From assembly GCA_963717505.1 (NCBI GenBank), contig OY970342.1, positions 3,200,001-3,264,000 of the forward strand: 64,000 nucleotides of DNA, in the 5' to 3' direction. Below, in pieces: positions 48,548 to 58,158 of this stretch. The notes under the pieces were generated by a model. That model was not told the DNA's origin. It saw nothing but the letters and a program-made list of their open reading frames with translations, and searched no databases. Made by a program: the position numbers and the translations under genes. How positions within the stretch are numbered: position 1 is the first letter of the stretch; every line of letters starts with the position of its first letter. This DNA comes from Candidatus Eiseniibacteriota bacterium (GTDB lineage Bacteria > Eisenbacteria > RBG-16-71-46).

Positions 48548-51500
48548 CTACAAAGCCAGCAGGATTCCCCGCGCTGGGCGGCCCGTGGCGGCGGCAATCG
48601 CACGCGCGTACAGCGCGACCTGGCGGCGGTGGCGCGCCGGATCGACCTCGATCTCGCGCCCGGTCTTGAAGTCGACGACGATCCAGCCGTCCGCTTCCTC
48701 GAAGGCCAGATCCGCCTGACCCTCGATCACGGTCCCGTCAGGAGCGCACGACGTCACCGGGATCTCGCGCCGGCAGCGGCCCGCGCGCCAGGCGACGCGG
48801 GCCCGCTCGAACAGCGGATTCTCGAGCGCGGCAACGGCAGTCGCGGTGGCGGTCTCGACTTCGGCTTCGGACGCGCCCAGCACGCGGCCCTGGAACGCGC
48901 TCGTCTGGGCGATCCGATCGCGATCGGCGTCGAGCGGGACGGTGGCCAGCACCGCGTGCACCAGCGATCCCAGTCGGGCGCCGGACGGCGCTCCTGCACC
49001 CGCCTTCAGGATCTCGATATCGTCCGCAGCGTCGACACCGGCCGCAGCCACCGAAGTCGCGGTGGCGACCCGCACCCAAGGTTCGGCGGCCGCGGCAAGC
49101 GTTGCCGCGCGTTCGCGTTCCCAGCTTCGATAGCGCTCGAGGTCCGAATCGATCGGCGCGGCTTCGGGATCGAGCAGTTCGACGTGGCGGAGTTCGGGGC
49201 GCGGGCGGGGCTCGAGGTCGAGTGCCAGCGGGTCCCACCAAGTGACGTCGTATCCCGGCTGCGCGTGACGCCCGGGGCGAACGCCTTGCGCGATGGGATC
49301 GCCGGGTCTTCTCAGTGTCGCGTCCTCGCCGAACTCCGGGCAGCCGGCCGATGGCGTGGATTCACGCCACCGCGCCGCTTCGGGATAGATCGCGGGCAGG
49401 AGCGGCGACACCCAGGTCGGCCGATTGCGGCCTTCGAGTCGGCCGTCTCCGCGTCCCCAGACCTCGTCGCTCACCACCGGCACCACGAGCACATCGCGCG
49501 CCCGCGTGGCGGCGACATACGCGATGCGAACCCCTTCGGCGCGGTCTTTCAGCATTTCTGCTTCGCGGGCTTCGATCAATTCCCAGGGCATGCAACCGGC
49601 GAGTCGCAGCGCGCATAGATTGCGCTCGGGATCCATCCGGCGCTCCGCCGACCAGCCGTGCAGGTGTGCGGCGGGATCGGCGAGGATCACCACCGGGAAT
49701 TCCAGGCCCTTGGCCTTGTGCAGGGTCATGACCCGAACGCCGTCGCTGCCTTCCTCGAGGATCGGCGCCTCGCCGGTGTCGGCGTTCGCGGCGTCCTGGT
49801 CGAGCTGGGCGACGAACCCGCGGAAGGAAAGTCCTCCGGAGCGCTCGAACCTCCGCGCTTGTTCGGCCAGGTGGAGCACATTGGCCAACACTTGTTCGCC
49901 CGATTGCTGGAGCGCAAACCCAGCGTGCGCCCGGGTGGCTTCGAGCAAGCGCACGATGGTCTCGGCCACCGGCCGGCGATTCCGCTCGCGATGAAGCGCG
50001 GCCAAGAGCTCGAGTGAGGCCACGATCGGTTGGAGGTGCTCGTCGACGGCGCCGGGCGGCGGGCGGAACGGATGGAGCCGGCCATGGCGGTGGCGGTACT
50101 CGAGCAATTCCTCGTCGCCGATCGCGATCAAGGGTCCGTGCAAGGTCGCGAACACCGACAGCTCGTCGTCCGGCCACTCGACGGCGGTCAATGCCGTGCG
50201 CAGCGCTTCGACTTCGGCCCGCTCGTGAAACGACCGCCCGCCGACCAGCAGATGCCGAATGCCGCGGCGCTCGAGCGCTTCGAGATAGGGCCGGGTCAGG
50301 TCTTCACCGAAGCTCACGAATCGCCGGAACAGGAGGCAGACGTGCCTCGGGGCCACCGGCACTCGCGCGCCATCGTGCCCTTCGGTGACGGTCCAGCCAC
50401 TGCGCGTGACCAGCCACTCGACCCAGGCGCCGACCGCCGCCGGGAGTGAAGCCGCGATCGCCCGGCCGGTGACCCCGAATGCGCCCTGGGGCGACGGAAT
50501 CGGCAATGCGACCAGCGCCGGCTGATCGCCCTCGGCGCCACGCACCGGATCGAGCGGCAAGTAGGCGGCCTGGAGCGATGCGCGATCACCGTCCATCGCC
50601 GCCGCGAACGCCCGATTTACCGCGCTCTGGATCGCCGGCACCGAGCGGAAGCTCGCGCTCAGCTTCACGTCCAGAGCCCCGCGCCGAACCAGCAGGTCCC
50701 GCACTTCCTGGTACACGGCGAGGTCGGCCCGCCGAAAGCGATAGATCGCCTGTTTGGGATCGCCGACCACGAACAGCCGGCCGGCCCCGGGGACGACACG
50801 CCGCCAGTCGCGCTCGGCGGGGTCCTGCGAGATCAGCAACAGGAGCAGTTCGGCTTGCAGCAGATCGGTGTCCTGGAACTCGTCGACGAAGAAATGTGTG
50901 AAGCGGCGCGCGAAGTCGACCCGCACCGCCGGATGGTCGCGCACCAGGTCGCGCGCGCTGAGCAGCAAGTCGAGATAGTCGACGCGACCCCGCGACAGCT
51001 TGGCTTCCTGGTAACGGCCGAGCACGCCGTTCAGCTCACGGTGCAGGCAGGCGGCGAGGTCGGCGTCGGCCGCGACCGCGAAGGTTTTGAGTGCCACCAC
51101 CAACGATGCGTGCGCCGCCTGGACCGCGGCTCGCGAGACGTCGGGCCCGTACGCGGCGCCGCGACCGGTGCGCGGCTCCCCGAATCGCTCCTTGCCGGCG
51201 CGACGCCCCGGGAGTCCGACCAGCTCGGCTTCGATACCATCGTGATCGCGCGGCCGCACGCGCTCGGCACGCCTGAGCTCCTGGCTCATGGCGCGCGCCG
51301 GTTCGGTGTCGAGGTAGAGCACGTCGTCCTTGGGCCGGGCGCAGCGGGCACTCAGGTCGGCAAAGGCGTGGATCTGTTCGACCAGGGCGTCGACCTCGGC
51401 CTCGCGACGAAACGGCGGACGACGCCACGGGGCCGACAGGTCGCGCCATTCCGCGAGCTGCCAGGCGGCGCGTTCCAGTCGGCGCACGGGATCGTCGTCG

Positions 51501-52063
51501 TCGTCGCGCCCGCGCCGGCGCAGGGAGCGGCGCACCCCCTCGGTCGGCGCGTACAGGGTCTCCTCGAACCACTGGCGGAACGAGCGCGCGAACAGCCGGC
51601 GCGCGTCGCGTTCGTCGAGCACCTCGAACCCCGGGTCGACTCCGGCTTCGACCGACCTCTCGCGCAGGATTTCCGCGCAGAACCCATGAATGGTCCCGAC
51701 CCAGGCTTCTTCGAGATGCGCGATCGCAGACTCGAGACGTTCCCGCTCCGCGCTGCCGGCGCTCGACTCCTGGCGGGCGCCCTCGAGTTGCGAGCGGATC
51801 TTGAGCTTCATCTCGCCCGCGGCCTTCTCGGTGAACGTCATGGCGACGATCCGGTCCACGGTCGCGCGGCCCGCGGCGATCAACGCCACCATGCGGCGGA
51901 CCATCTCGGTGGTCTTCCCGGTTCCAGCGGCGGCTTCGACCACTACGTTGCGCTCGAGCTCGGACGCGATCATGCGTCGAGCCTCGGCATCGGCGAGCGC
52001 GGGAATGCTCGGCGCCGCCGGCGCAGGAGCCGCGTCGACCGCCCGGGATTTGCGCGCGGTCAT
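48548..52063 (-). CDS. addA: AddA-type UvrD helicase with RecB-family nuclease
   Basis: AAAGTGKT, TFTEKAA, TIHGFC, VDEFQD, VGDPKQAIYRFR, MTLHKAKGLEF, YVAATRA; GQADL...VDFKT; start MTARK overlaps the addB stop. Confidence 0.93.
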   Translation of the reverse strand: MTARKSRAVDAAPAPAAPSIPALADAEARRMIASELERNVVVEAAAGTGKTTEMVRRMVALIAAGRATVDRIVAMTFTEKAAGEMKLKIRSQLEGARQESSAGSAERERLESAIAHLEEAWVGTIHGFCAEILRERSVEAGVDPGFEVLDERDARRLFARSFRQWFEETLYAPTEGVRRSLRRRGRDDDDDPVRRLERAAWQLAEWRDLSAPWRRPPFRREAEVDALVEQIHAFADLSARCARPKDDVLYLDTEPARAMSQELRRAERVRPRDHDGIEAELVGLPGRRAGKERFGEPRTGRGAAYGPDVSRAAVQAAHASLVVALKTFAVAADADLAACLHRELNGVLGRYQEAKLSRGRVDYLDLLLSARDLVRDHPAVRVDFARRFTHFFVDEFQDTDLLQAELLLLLISQDPAERDWRRVVPGAGRLFVVGDPKQAIYRFRRADLAVYQEVRDLLVRRGALDVKLSASFRSVPAIQSAVNRAFAAAMDGDRASLQAAYLPLDPVRGAEGDQPALVALPIPSPQGAFGVTGRAIAASLPAAVGAWVEWLVTRSGWTVTEGHDGARVPVAPRHVCLLFRRFVSFGEDLTRPYLEALERRGIRHLLVGGRSFHERAEVEALRTALTAVEWPDDELSVFATLHGPLIAIGDEELLEYRHRHGRLHPFRPPPGAVDEHLQPIVASLELLAALHRERNRRPVAETIVRLLEATRAHAGFALQQSGEQVLANVLHLAEQARRFERSGGLSFRGFVAQLDQDAANADTGEAPILEEGSDGVRVMTLHKAKGLEFPVVILADPAAHLHGWSAERRMDPERNLCALRLAGCMPWELIEAREAEMLKDRAEGVRIAYVAATRARDVLVVPVVSDEVWGRGDGRLEGRNRPTWVSPLLPAIYPEAARWRESTPSAGCPEFGEDATLRRPGDPIAQGVRPGRHAQPGYDVTWWDPLALDLEPRPRPELRHVELLDPEAAPIDSDLERYRSWERERAATLAAAAEPWVRVATATSVAAAGVDAADDIEILKAGAGAPSGARLGSLVHAVLATVPLDADRDRIAQTSAFQGRVLGASEAEVETATATAVAALENPLFERARVAWRAGRCRREIPVTSCAPDGTVIEGQADLAFEEADGWIVVDFKTGREIEVDPARHRRQVALYARAIAAATGRPARGILLAL

Positions 52064-55000
52064 GGCAGCCCCCGGATCTCGAACAGCGGCTCGAGCAGAC
52101 TCGGATCCTTGCGCCGCCATCGCGTCTGTTCGAGTGGTCCGCACACCGGGCGGAAATCGCACAGGGCGCATGCGCCGTCCTCGGGAGCGGGCGGCAAGCA
52201 GCCGGTGCGCACCGCCTGCGCCACCAGGTCGAGCGCCTGACCGGCCTGCATGCGCTGGAAGGGCCCGAGCGGAATGTCGTGGCGGGTGAAACCGCCGCGG
52301 CGCGTGCAGAAGTCGAGCTGCGCGCGCTCGACCTCGCGCCCGAACATCTGCTCCGCCGCCAGCGCGTAGAGCGTCGGCTGCAGCAGAGTGCCCCCGGCCA
52401 CCGTGCTGCCTGGCTTGTGCCGGTTGCCGCCGGTTTTGTAGTCGGTGATCCGCAGGGCCGGTCCATCGGTCCGTGCTTCGACCAGGTCGATCGCGCCGTG
52501 GAGCCGCCAGCCGCCGTGGATGGTCGCGGTCTCCCGGCGACCGGCCGCTTCGTCCGCCGGCGCCCCCAGCCCGAACGTGTATTCGACGTGCAGGGGAATC
52601 CACTCCGCATGCCGCTCGGCAAGGCCATGCAACCACTGCCGGAGGTCGGCACGAATCGCACGGATCTCGTCTTCCCAGACTCGCGGGATGGCCGGGGCCA
52701 GCTCGTCACGCCAGACCGACTCGACGCGTTCGACCACGCGCTCGACCACCGCGTCCGCGGCGGCCAGCGTCGCCGAAGTCAATGGAATCAGAGAGTCGCG
52801 CTGCAGTTCGCGGACGATGTTCGCGAGCATCTCGTGGATCATGCTGCCCCGGGTCAGGGCGTCCATCTCGATCAGCGCCACCTTGTCCTCTCGTGGCTCG
52901 AGACGATGGAGGGTTGCCAGCAGGAACTGATACGGACAACGCGCGTAGCGCTCGAGGCTGGTGACCGAATAGGCGCGTTGACCCGGTTGCTGGGCCGCAA
53001 GGGCCGCCGAAGTTCGATCGGCCGCGCGCACGATGCCGTCCGCCGGATGCCAGCGCGGCCGACTGCGCGCCCAGCGCGATCGGAGCGAGCGGGCGAGGTG
53101 CGCGCTGACCTCGAACAGGTAGCGCCCGCGACCGCGCACTTCGGATCGTCCGGCGCCCTCGAGCAGCGGGCCGAGTACCGCGAGATCGTGCTCGATCGGG
53201 TCGAGCGCGCGCGCGGGATCCGCGGGCGCCGGCCAGGCGAGACGGGCCGCACCGGCCGCCGCCGCGTCGCGGCCCAACCGGCCCGGGTCGGGCAGCTCGC
53301 CGTGAAGCGCGCGCAGCACGTCGAGACCGTAGAAGGAGGGAACCCGCGGGCGACCTTCCCCGCCCTCGATCCTCGGATACGAGAGCACGAGCCTCTGCTC
53401 CACGGCTCCGAGCACCAGGCGCAACAGGAGGCGCTCGCGGTGCGCGCGGACGTTGCGCGTGGCGAGTGTGATGCCGGTGGCTTCCAGGATCGCGGCGCGC
53501 GGTGCGTCGAGCAACATCGGGTCTTCCGTGGGACGCTCGGGGAACATTCGTTCCGCGAGCCCTGGCACGAAGACGATCTCGAAGCTGCGTCCGCGGGCCG
53601 AGGCCGGCGTGCCGACGAAGACGCTGCCGCCCCGGTGCGGTGGCGGCTCGCTTTCGAGCGAAGCCAGGCGCGGGGCGAGCACGATGCGGACTTCGTCGAT
53701 TCCGACCGGCCCGACCGCCGACATCGGCCGCATCTCGGCGAGCGTGCGCAGCACATGATCGGGAACGCGCAGCGCCATCGACGCGAGCGCCTCGAGTGCG
53801 GCGAGCCACTCGCCCCAGGGCGCGCGAGACGGCAGCGCGTCGAGTGCCGCGATCAGCGGGCCGGCGAAGCGCATGAGGTGGCCGAGATTGAGGAGATCGC
53901 GCTCGAGCGAGAGCAGCCGCGATGAGCCGGGCTCATCGGCCTCGACTCGCGCGCGTCGGACACGCAGCTCCGCTTCGAGTCCGCGCAGACGGCGCTCCCA
54001 CCGGTCGCGACCGCCGATCACCGCGGCATCGACCAGCAGCTCCTCCCACTTCCACGGCGTCCGGAGCGCTCCGCCGAGCACGGGACGCTGATCCGAATCC
54101 GGAGGCTCGGGTGCGGCGGGCGGCGCGTCGAAGTCGAACGCCAGCTGCGCCGGGCCGTCCGGAAGGGCGGACGCGGCAGTCAGGGTTTCTTCAGTCGGTG
54201 CCCGCCACGAAGGGGCGGCATGCGGCCCGCCGTCCGCCGCCAACTCCGGCACCTGAGAGAAGGACAAGTACTCGGCGAAACGCTGGGCGGACAAACCTTC
54301 GGCGCGGCAGGCGAGCAGTGCCAGAAATGCACGGCCGGCCGGATCCGGACGACGGGTGCCGCGCGCGAAGTGGGCGGAAATCCCGGCGCGACGAAATGCG
54401 TTCTCCAGGTGATCCACGTACTCGGCGGGTGAGCGAACGAATACCGCCATGCGATCGAAACGGGTGCCGCCGTTCGCCGCATCCAGGATGCGGCGGGCGA
54501 TCTCGACGCATTCGCGCGACTCGCCGGGCGCCGAGAACAGTTCCACCGTGTCGCCCGCGTCTCCGGCCGGTGGCGCCGAAGAGAACAGGAACCGGCGCAA
54601 ACGCGGCAACGGATCCTCTCCGGGCTCGTCTCCTTCGATCCACTCGTCGACACCCAGGCGGCGTAATGCCTCGAGCGCCTCGTCATCGCCGGCCGGGACC
54701 ACCGCCAGCGCCGCCGGCGAGCGACCGAGCAGTGCCTGCAACAGGTCGGCTTCGCGCCGGCTCGGAATCGGCAGGTCGAGCAGGACGACCGGCAGCGATC
54801 CGAGGGGCGCACCATCCCGTAGTGCCGCGATCGCCAGTTCGGTGCGCGCCGACCGGTCGGCGAGACGAACACGCGCCAGCTCATCGTCGAACGCGGTCAA
54901 CGCCTCCGCGACTTCGGGCGCCTGGGCGTGGACCAGAGCGCTCGCCGGCAGGTTCTGCATACGAATCTCGTCGAGGGTGGCCGCGAGCGCACGAGGAAAA

Positions 55001-55344
55001 CCGGGGAAGCTCGAAACTCGCGAGAAGCGCCCGAGTACACCCCGCCGCCCGACTTCGAACGCGGCACGCGCCGCCACCGCTTCGGCCGCCAGACCGGTCA
55101 AAGGGGCGAGTCCGCGACTGGCCAGCGCGCCCGCCGCCAGCGTCATGGTCAGCTGTCCCGGGCTCAGCCTGCGGATCCCGAACGACGCGGTTCCGTCTCG
55201 GGTCAGCTCGTGGACCAGCTCGTCGGCCGCATCGCGCGCCGCGGACAGCAGCAGAAGCTCCGAGCCCTGGGTCTGCGCGCCAACGAAAGAGCGCACCTCA
55301 TCGAGACGCCGACGGGCCGAAGCAGAAACGAACACGCGCAGCAT
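52060..55344 (-). CDS. addB: AddB-type inactive helicase + PD-(D/E)XK nuclease with 4Fe-4S staple
   Basis: SVTSLERYARCPYQF, RGSMIH, GAIDLVE...DYKTG, Q..LY, CALCDFRPVC. Confidence 0.9.
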   Translation of the reverse strand: MLRVFVSASARRRLDEVRSFVGAQTQGSELLLLSAARDAADELVHELTRDGTASFGIRRLSPGQLTMTLAAGALASRGLAPLTGLAAEAVAARAAFEVGRRGVLGRFSRVSSFPGFPRALAATLDEIRMQNLPASALVHAQAPEVAEALTAFDDELARVRLADRSARTELAIAALRDGAPLGSLPVVLLDLPIPSRREADLLQALLGRSPAALAVVPAGDDEALEALRRLGVDEWIEGDEPGEDPLPRLRRFLFSSAPPAGDAGDTVELFSAPGESRECVEIARRILDAANGGTRFDRMAVFVRSPAEYVDHLENAFRRAGISAHFARGTRRPDPAGRAFLALLACRAEGLSAQRFAEYLSFSQVPELAADGGPHAAPSWRAPTEETLTAASALPDGPAQLAFDFDAPPAAPEPPDSDQRPVLGGALRTPWKWEELLVDAAVIGGRDRWERRLRGLEAELRVRRARVEADEPGSSRLLSLERDLLNLGHLMRFAGPLIAALDALPSRAPWGEWLAALEALASMALRVPDHVLRTLAEMRPMSAVGPVGIDEVRIVLAPRLASLESEPPPHRGGSVFVGTPASARGRSFEIVFVPGLAERMFPERPTEDPMLLDAPRAAILEATGITLATRNVRAHRERLLLRLVLGAVEQRLVLSYPRIEGGEGRPRVPSFYGLDVLRALHGELPDPGRLGRDAAAAGAARLAWPAPADPARALDPIEHDLAVLGPLLEGAGRSEVRGRGRYLFEVSAHLARSLRSRWARSRPRWHPADGIVRAADRTSAALAAQQPGQRAYSVTSLERYARCPYQFLLATLHRLEPREDKVALIEMDALTRGSMIHEMLANIVRELQRDSLIPLTSATLAAADAVVERVVERVESVWRDELAPAIPRVWEDEIRAIRADLRQWLHGLAERHAEWIPLHVEYTFGLGAPADEAAGRRETATIHGGWRLHGAIDLVEARTDGPALRITDYKTGGNRHKPGSTVAGGTLLQPTLYALAAEQMFGREVERAQLDFCTRRGGFTRHDIPLGPFQRMQAGQALDLVAQAVRTGCLPPAPEDGACALCDFRPVCGPLEQTRWRRKDPSLLEPLFEIRGLP

Positions 55345-55381
55345 GCACGCATGCTATCGCGGTCGGGGGAGATGGGCGAGG

Positions 55382-56476
55382 CTACTCGTCCGCGGGGACT
55401 TCCCGATCGAGCTCGAGGGGTCGCTGGATGCGAGCTTCGAGCCACCGACCGAGAGCCAAGAGTTCCGCGGGATCGTGCAGGGCGCTGGCCACCATCTTCC
55501 TGCGGCCGTCCCCGTGGATCAACAGCGTGTAGCGCGAGTCGCCGTCGCTGTCCCGGTCGTGCGTGATCCGTATCACTCCGACCGTGATCTCCCTCGACCA
55601 CTCGTGGCGCAGGACCCGCCGAACGAACGCCACCGATCCGGGTCGCACCCGGATCTCGGAGGTGCCGAGACCGAAGAACGCGATCAGCGAGGCGCCGACC
55701 AGAATCGGGATCACGCCCAGGAGCCGGAGCAGGGTTTCACCCGCGGTGGCGTCCAAGCCGATCCCAGCGGCCATGATCGAGCCTCCAGCGACCATCAGGG
55801 CGCCGCCTACGTTCCACGCGACCATCGCGCGCAGGCGCAGGCGATCGGGCGTCGTGGTCAGGACGTGCGTGCCACCGGAGCCAATCATCGTGTGCCAGCC
55901 ATCGGGCAGCTCGGTCGCGGACGTGGCCGGCCTGCGACCCGGAATATCGGTACGCAGCGCGGTCTTGAGCGCGCGACGCTCGACGGGAGTTCCGAGTCTC
56001 GTGATCTCGATGCTGCCGCGCTCCAGCGCGACCGTCAGAGACTGATGGGGAGGGGGCTCGCGGAAGCCCAGGATCCGGTCCGCCGGAATCTCGCGCCTGG
56101 ACAGAAATGGCCCGATGCGGCGGATCAAGACCAGTCCACCGCCGTCCCATTGGATTTCGTCCGACGACCAGAGCAGGCGCAGGGTCTCGCGCGCGGCCAT
56201 GATGCCGCCAAGCGTCCAGAAGGTGACCCACACGACCAGAAAGAGCACGGCCGCGATCGAGAACCCTGCATCGACCTTGAGCGGAATCGCGGGGAGAGAA
56301 ACCCATCCCGCAGGCAGATGACTCAGGCCGATCGCGATCAGCGAACCCAGTGCAAAGGTCTCGCCCACTGCCCAGCCACAGAGCCAAACGACCAAGAACC
56401 CCGCCTGGAAGAAGCGTCCGGCGCCCGCGGCTCGAAACCGCGCCACCCGGCGCCCGTTCTCCAACTCGTATGCCAT
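55382..56476 (-). CDS. Hypothetical membrane protein (two TM-hairpin + bPH-like units)
   Basis: FLVVWLCGWAVGE...FLVVWVTFWTLGG, then beta-rich segment; second TM pair and beta-rich tail. Confidence 0.7.
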   Translation of the reverse strand: MAYELENGRRVARFRAAGAGRFFQAGFLVVWLCGWAVGETFALGSLIAIGLSHLPAGWVSLPAIPLKVDAGFSIAAVLFLVVWVTFWTLGGIMAARETLRLLWSSDEIQWDGGGLVLIRRIGPFLSRREIPADRILGFREPPPHQSLTVALERGSIEITRLGTPVERRALKTALRTDIPGRRPATSATELPDGWHTMIGSGGTHVLTTTPDRLRLRAMVAWNVGGALMVAGGSIMAAGIGLDATAGETLLRLLGVIPILVGASLIAFFGLGTSEIRVRPGSVAFVRRVLRHEWSREITVGVIRITHDRDSDGDSRYTLLIHGDGRRKMVASALHDPAELLALGRWLEARIQRPLELDREVPADE

Positions 56477-56650
56477 GGCGGCGTTATCGGCCCTGCAATG
56501 CGCTCCCACCACCGGGCGAAGGCACTTTCGGGATTGTTTCCGGCCCCGGTCCGGCGCACCATGGGGAACGAGTCTTCGGCCGACCCCGGGGGCCCCGCAA
56601 CGAGCCCCGGGCCGGAAGGCGCGTTCGCCCCTCAACCTGAGGAGGAGGCC

Positions 56651-57088
56651 ATGAGCCGAGTCGCGGACATCCTCGCGAGCAAAGGCTCGCAGGTTCATTC
56701 CACGAGCCCCGAGACCAGCGTCTACCAGGCCATCGCAACCATGGTCCAGCACAACCTGGGATCTCTGCTCGTCCTGCGCGGCGACACCATTGTCGGCATC
56801 TTCACCGAGCGAGACCATCTGCGCCGGGTGACCCTGCAGGACCTGGATCCTCATCGGACCCGTGTACGCGAGGTCATGACCGAGAAGGTGATCGTGGTCG
56901 ATCGCCAGTCCAGCATCGACGAGTGCATGCGGATCATGACGCGGGACCGGATTCGACACCTGCCGGTGGTCGAGCGGGACATGGTAGTCGGAATGATCTC
57001 GATCGGGGACGTGGTCCGACTGATGTCCGAGGTCCAGGCGGTCGAAATCCGGTCCCTGACCGAGTACATCACCGGGGCTCAGGGGTAG
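56651..57088 (+). CDS. CBS-pair protein
   Basis: GGAGGAGG RBS; VADILASKG, GIFTERD, VREVMT, IRHLPVV, GMISIGDVV. Confidence 0.95.
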   Translation: MSRVADILASKGSQVHSTSPETSVYQAIATMVQHNLGSLLVLRGDTIVGIFTERDHLRRVTLQDLDPHRTRVREVMTEKVIVVDRQSSIDECMRIMTRDRIRHLPVVERDMVVGMISIGDVVRLMSEVQAVEIRSLTEYITGAQG

Positions 57089-57342
57089 GCTCGCTATCCC
57101 GAGTCGGCCGAAAGGGTTCGGGCCCGGGCCCGAGGACCGGATTTCGCCCGGTCCAACGCCGACTTTGGGCCGCTTGCACGCCCGATTCCGGCGTTGGTCG
57201 CCTCCGAGAGGGCCGGGCGCGGCTTTCACTGGACAGGGGGGCCGGCGACACGCTATCGTGCTCATCACCCGCAAGTAGTTGATCCGCGCGGCTTGGGCCG
57301 CCCCGCAAGGTTCCCAGCACAGCGCACGCTTAGGTAATCCCG

Positions 57343-57367
57343 CTCTTCCCGCATAGGGAAGAGGAGG
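57343..57367 (+). promoter_or_regulatory. Hairpin overlapping the Shine-Dalgarno of the sugar transferase
   Basis: CTCTTCCC-GCATA-GGGAAGAG; the 3' arm overlaps GAGGAGG ahead of TTG at 57373. Confidence 0.45.
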
Positions 57368-57372
57368 CGTGC

Positions 57373-58158
57373 TTGTCGTCAGGACTTTGGTGGGAGTTGC
57401 GCCTTCCCGCTCGTGAAGAAGTAGCAGATCATTCCCGACCGATCGCCAAGCTGGCGCCGCGGGCTACGGTCGCCTCCCGTGAGCGTCGCCGTCCCGAACG
57501 GCTCGACGCGGCCCGTTTTCGTCACACCCGCCGCGAACGCTGGGTGACCCCTTGGTGCATGTCGCGCACCAAGCGAGTGCTCGACATTCTCGGCGCGCTG
57601 GTTCTCCTGATCCCGCTTTCGCCGTTGATGCTGGTGATCGCGGTTGCGATCAAGCTCGACAGTCCGGGACCGATCATCTTTCGCCAGTATCGCACCGGAC
57701 TCGCGGGTCGGCGCTTCCGCATGTACAAGTTCCGCAGCATGGGGCGTGACGCCGAGGCGTTGAAAGCCTCGCTGCGAAAGCTCAGCCATCACGGCCCCGA
57801 TTCGCCGGACTTCAAGATCCGGCAGGACCCGCGGGTCACCCGCGTGGGTCGTTTCCTGCGCCGTTCGAGCCTCGACGAGCTGCCGAATCTGTTCAGCGTA
57901 TTGGTCGGCGACATGAGTCTGGTCGGTCCGCGACCGACGTCCTTCGACGTCGACAAGTACTCGGATCATCACCTCGACCGGTTGGCCGTGCCTCCGGGAA
58001 TCACCGGTCTCTGGCAGATCTCGGGACGAAGCGACATCAACTTCGACGATCGGGTCCGGCTCGACTGCCGGTACATTCACCACCAATCGTTCTTGCTCGA
58101 CCTCAAGATCCTCGTGCTGACTCCGTTCCGCGCATTTGCGGGGCGGGGTGCTTGCTAG
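57373..58158 (+). CDS. Priming phosphoglycosyl transferase (bacterial sugar transferase family)
   Basis: [54 protein letters not shown]. Confidence 0.95.
   Translation: MSSGLWWELRLPAREEVADHSRPIAKLAPRATVASRERRRPERLDAARFRHTRRERWVTPWCMSRTKRVLDILGALVLLIPLSPLMLVIAVAIKLDSPGPIIFRQYRTGLAGRRFRMYKFRSMGRDAEALKASLRKLSHHGPDSPDFKIRQDPRVTRVGRFLRRSSLDELPNLFSVLVGDMSLVGPRPTSFDVDKYSDHHLDRLAVPPGITGLWQISGRSDINFDDRVRLDCRYIHHQSFLLDLKILVLTPFRAFAGRGAC

Noticed and set aside
52060-53000. Cas4-like Fe-S nuclease suggesting CRISPR or a defence system
   Set aside because: It is the C-terminal domain of AddB, coupled to addA; no CRISPR array or cas genes are seen
54449-57274. Long ORFs 54449..57088 (+) and 55382..57274 (-) as large proteins
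   Set aside because: Only the C-terminal parts are credible (CBS pair from 56651, membrane protein from 56476); the extensions are shadows of opposite-strand genes
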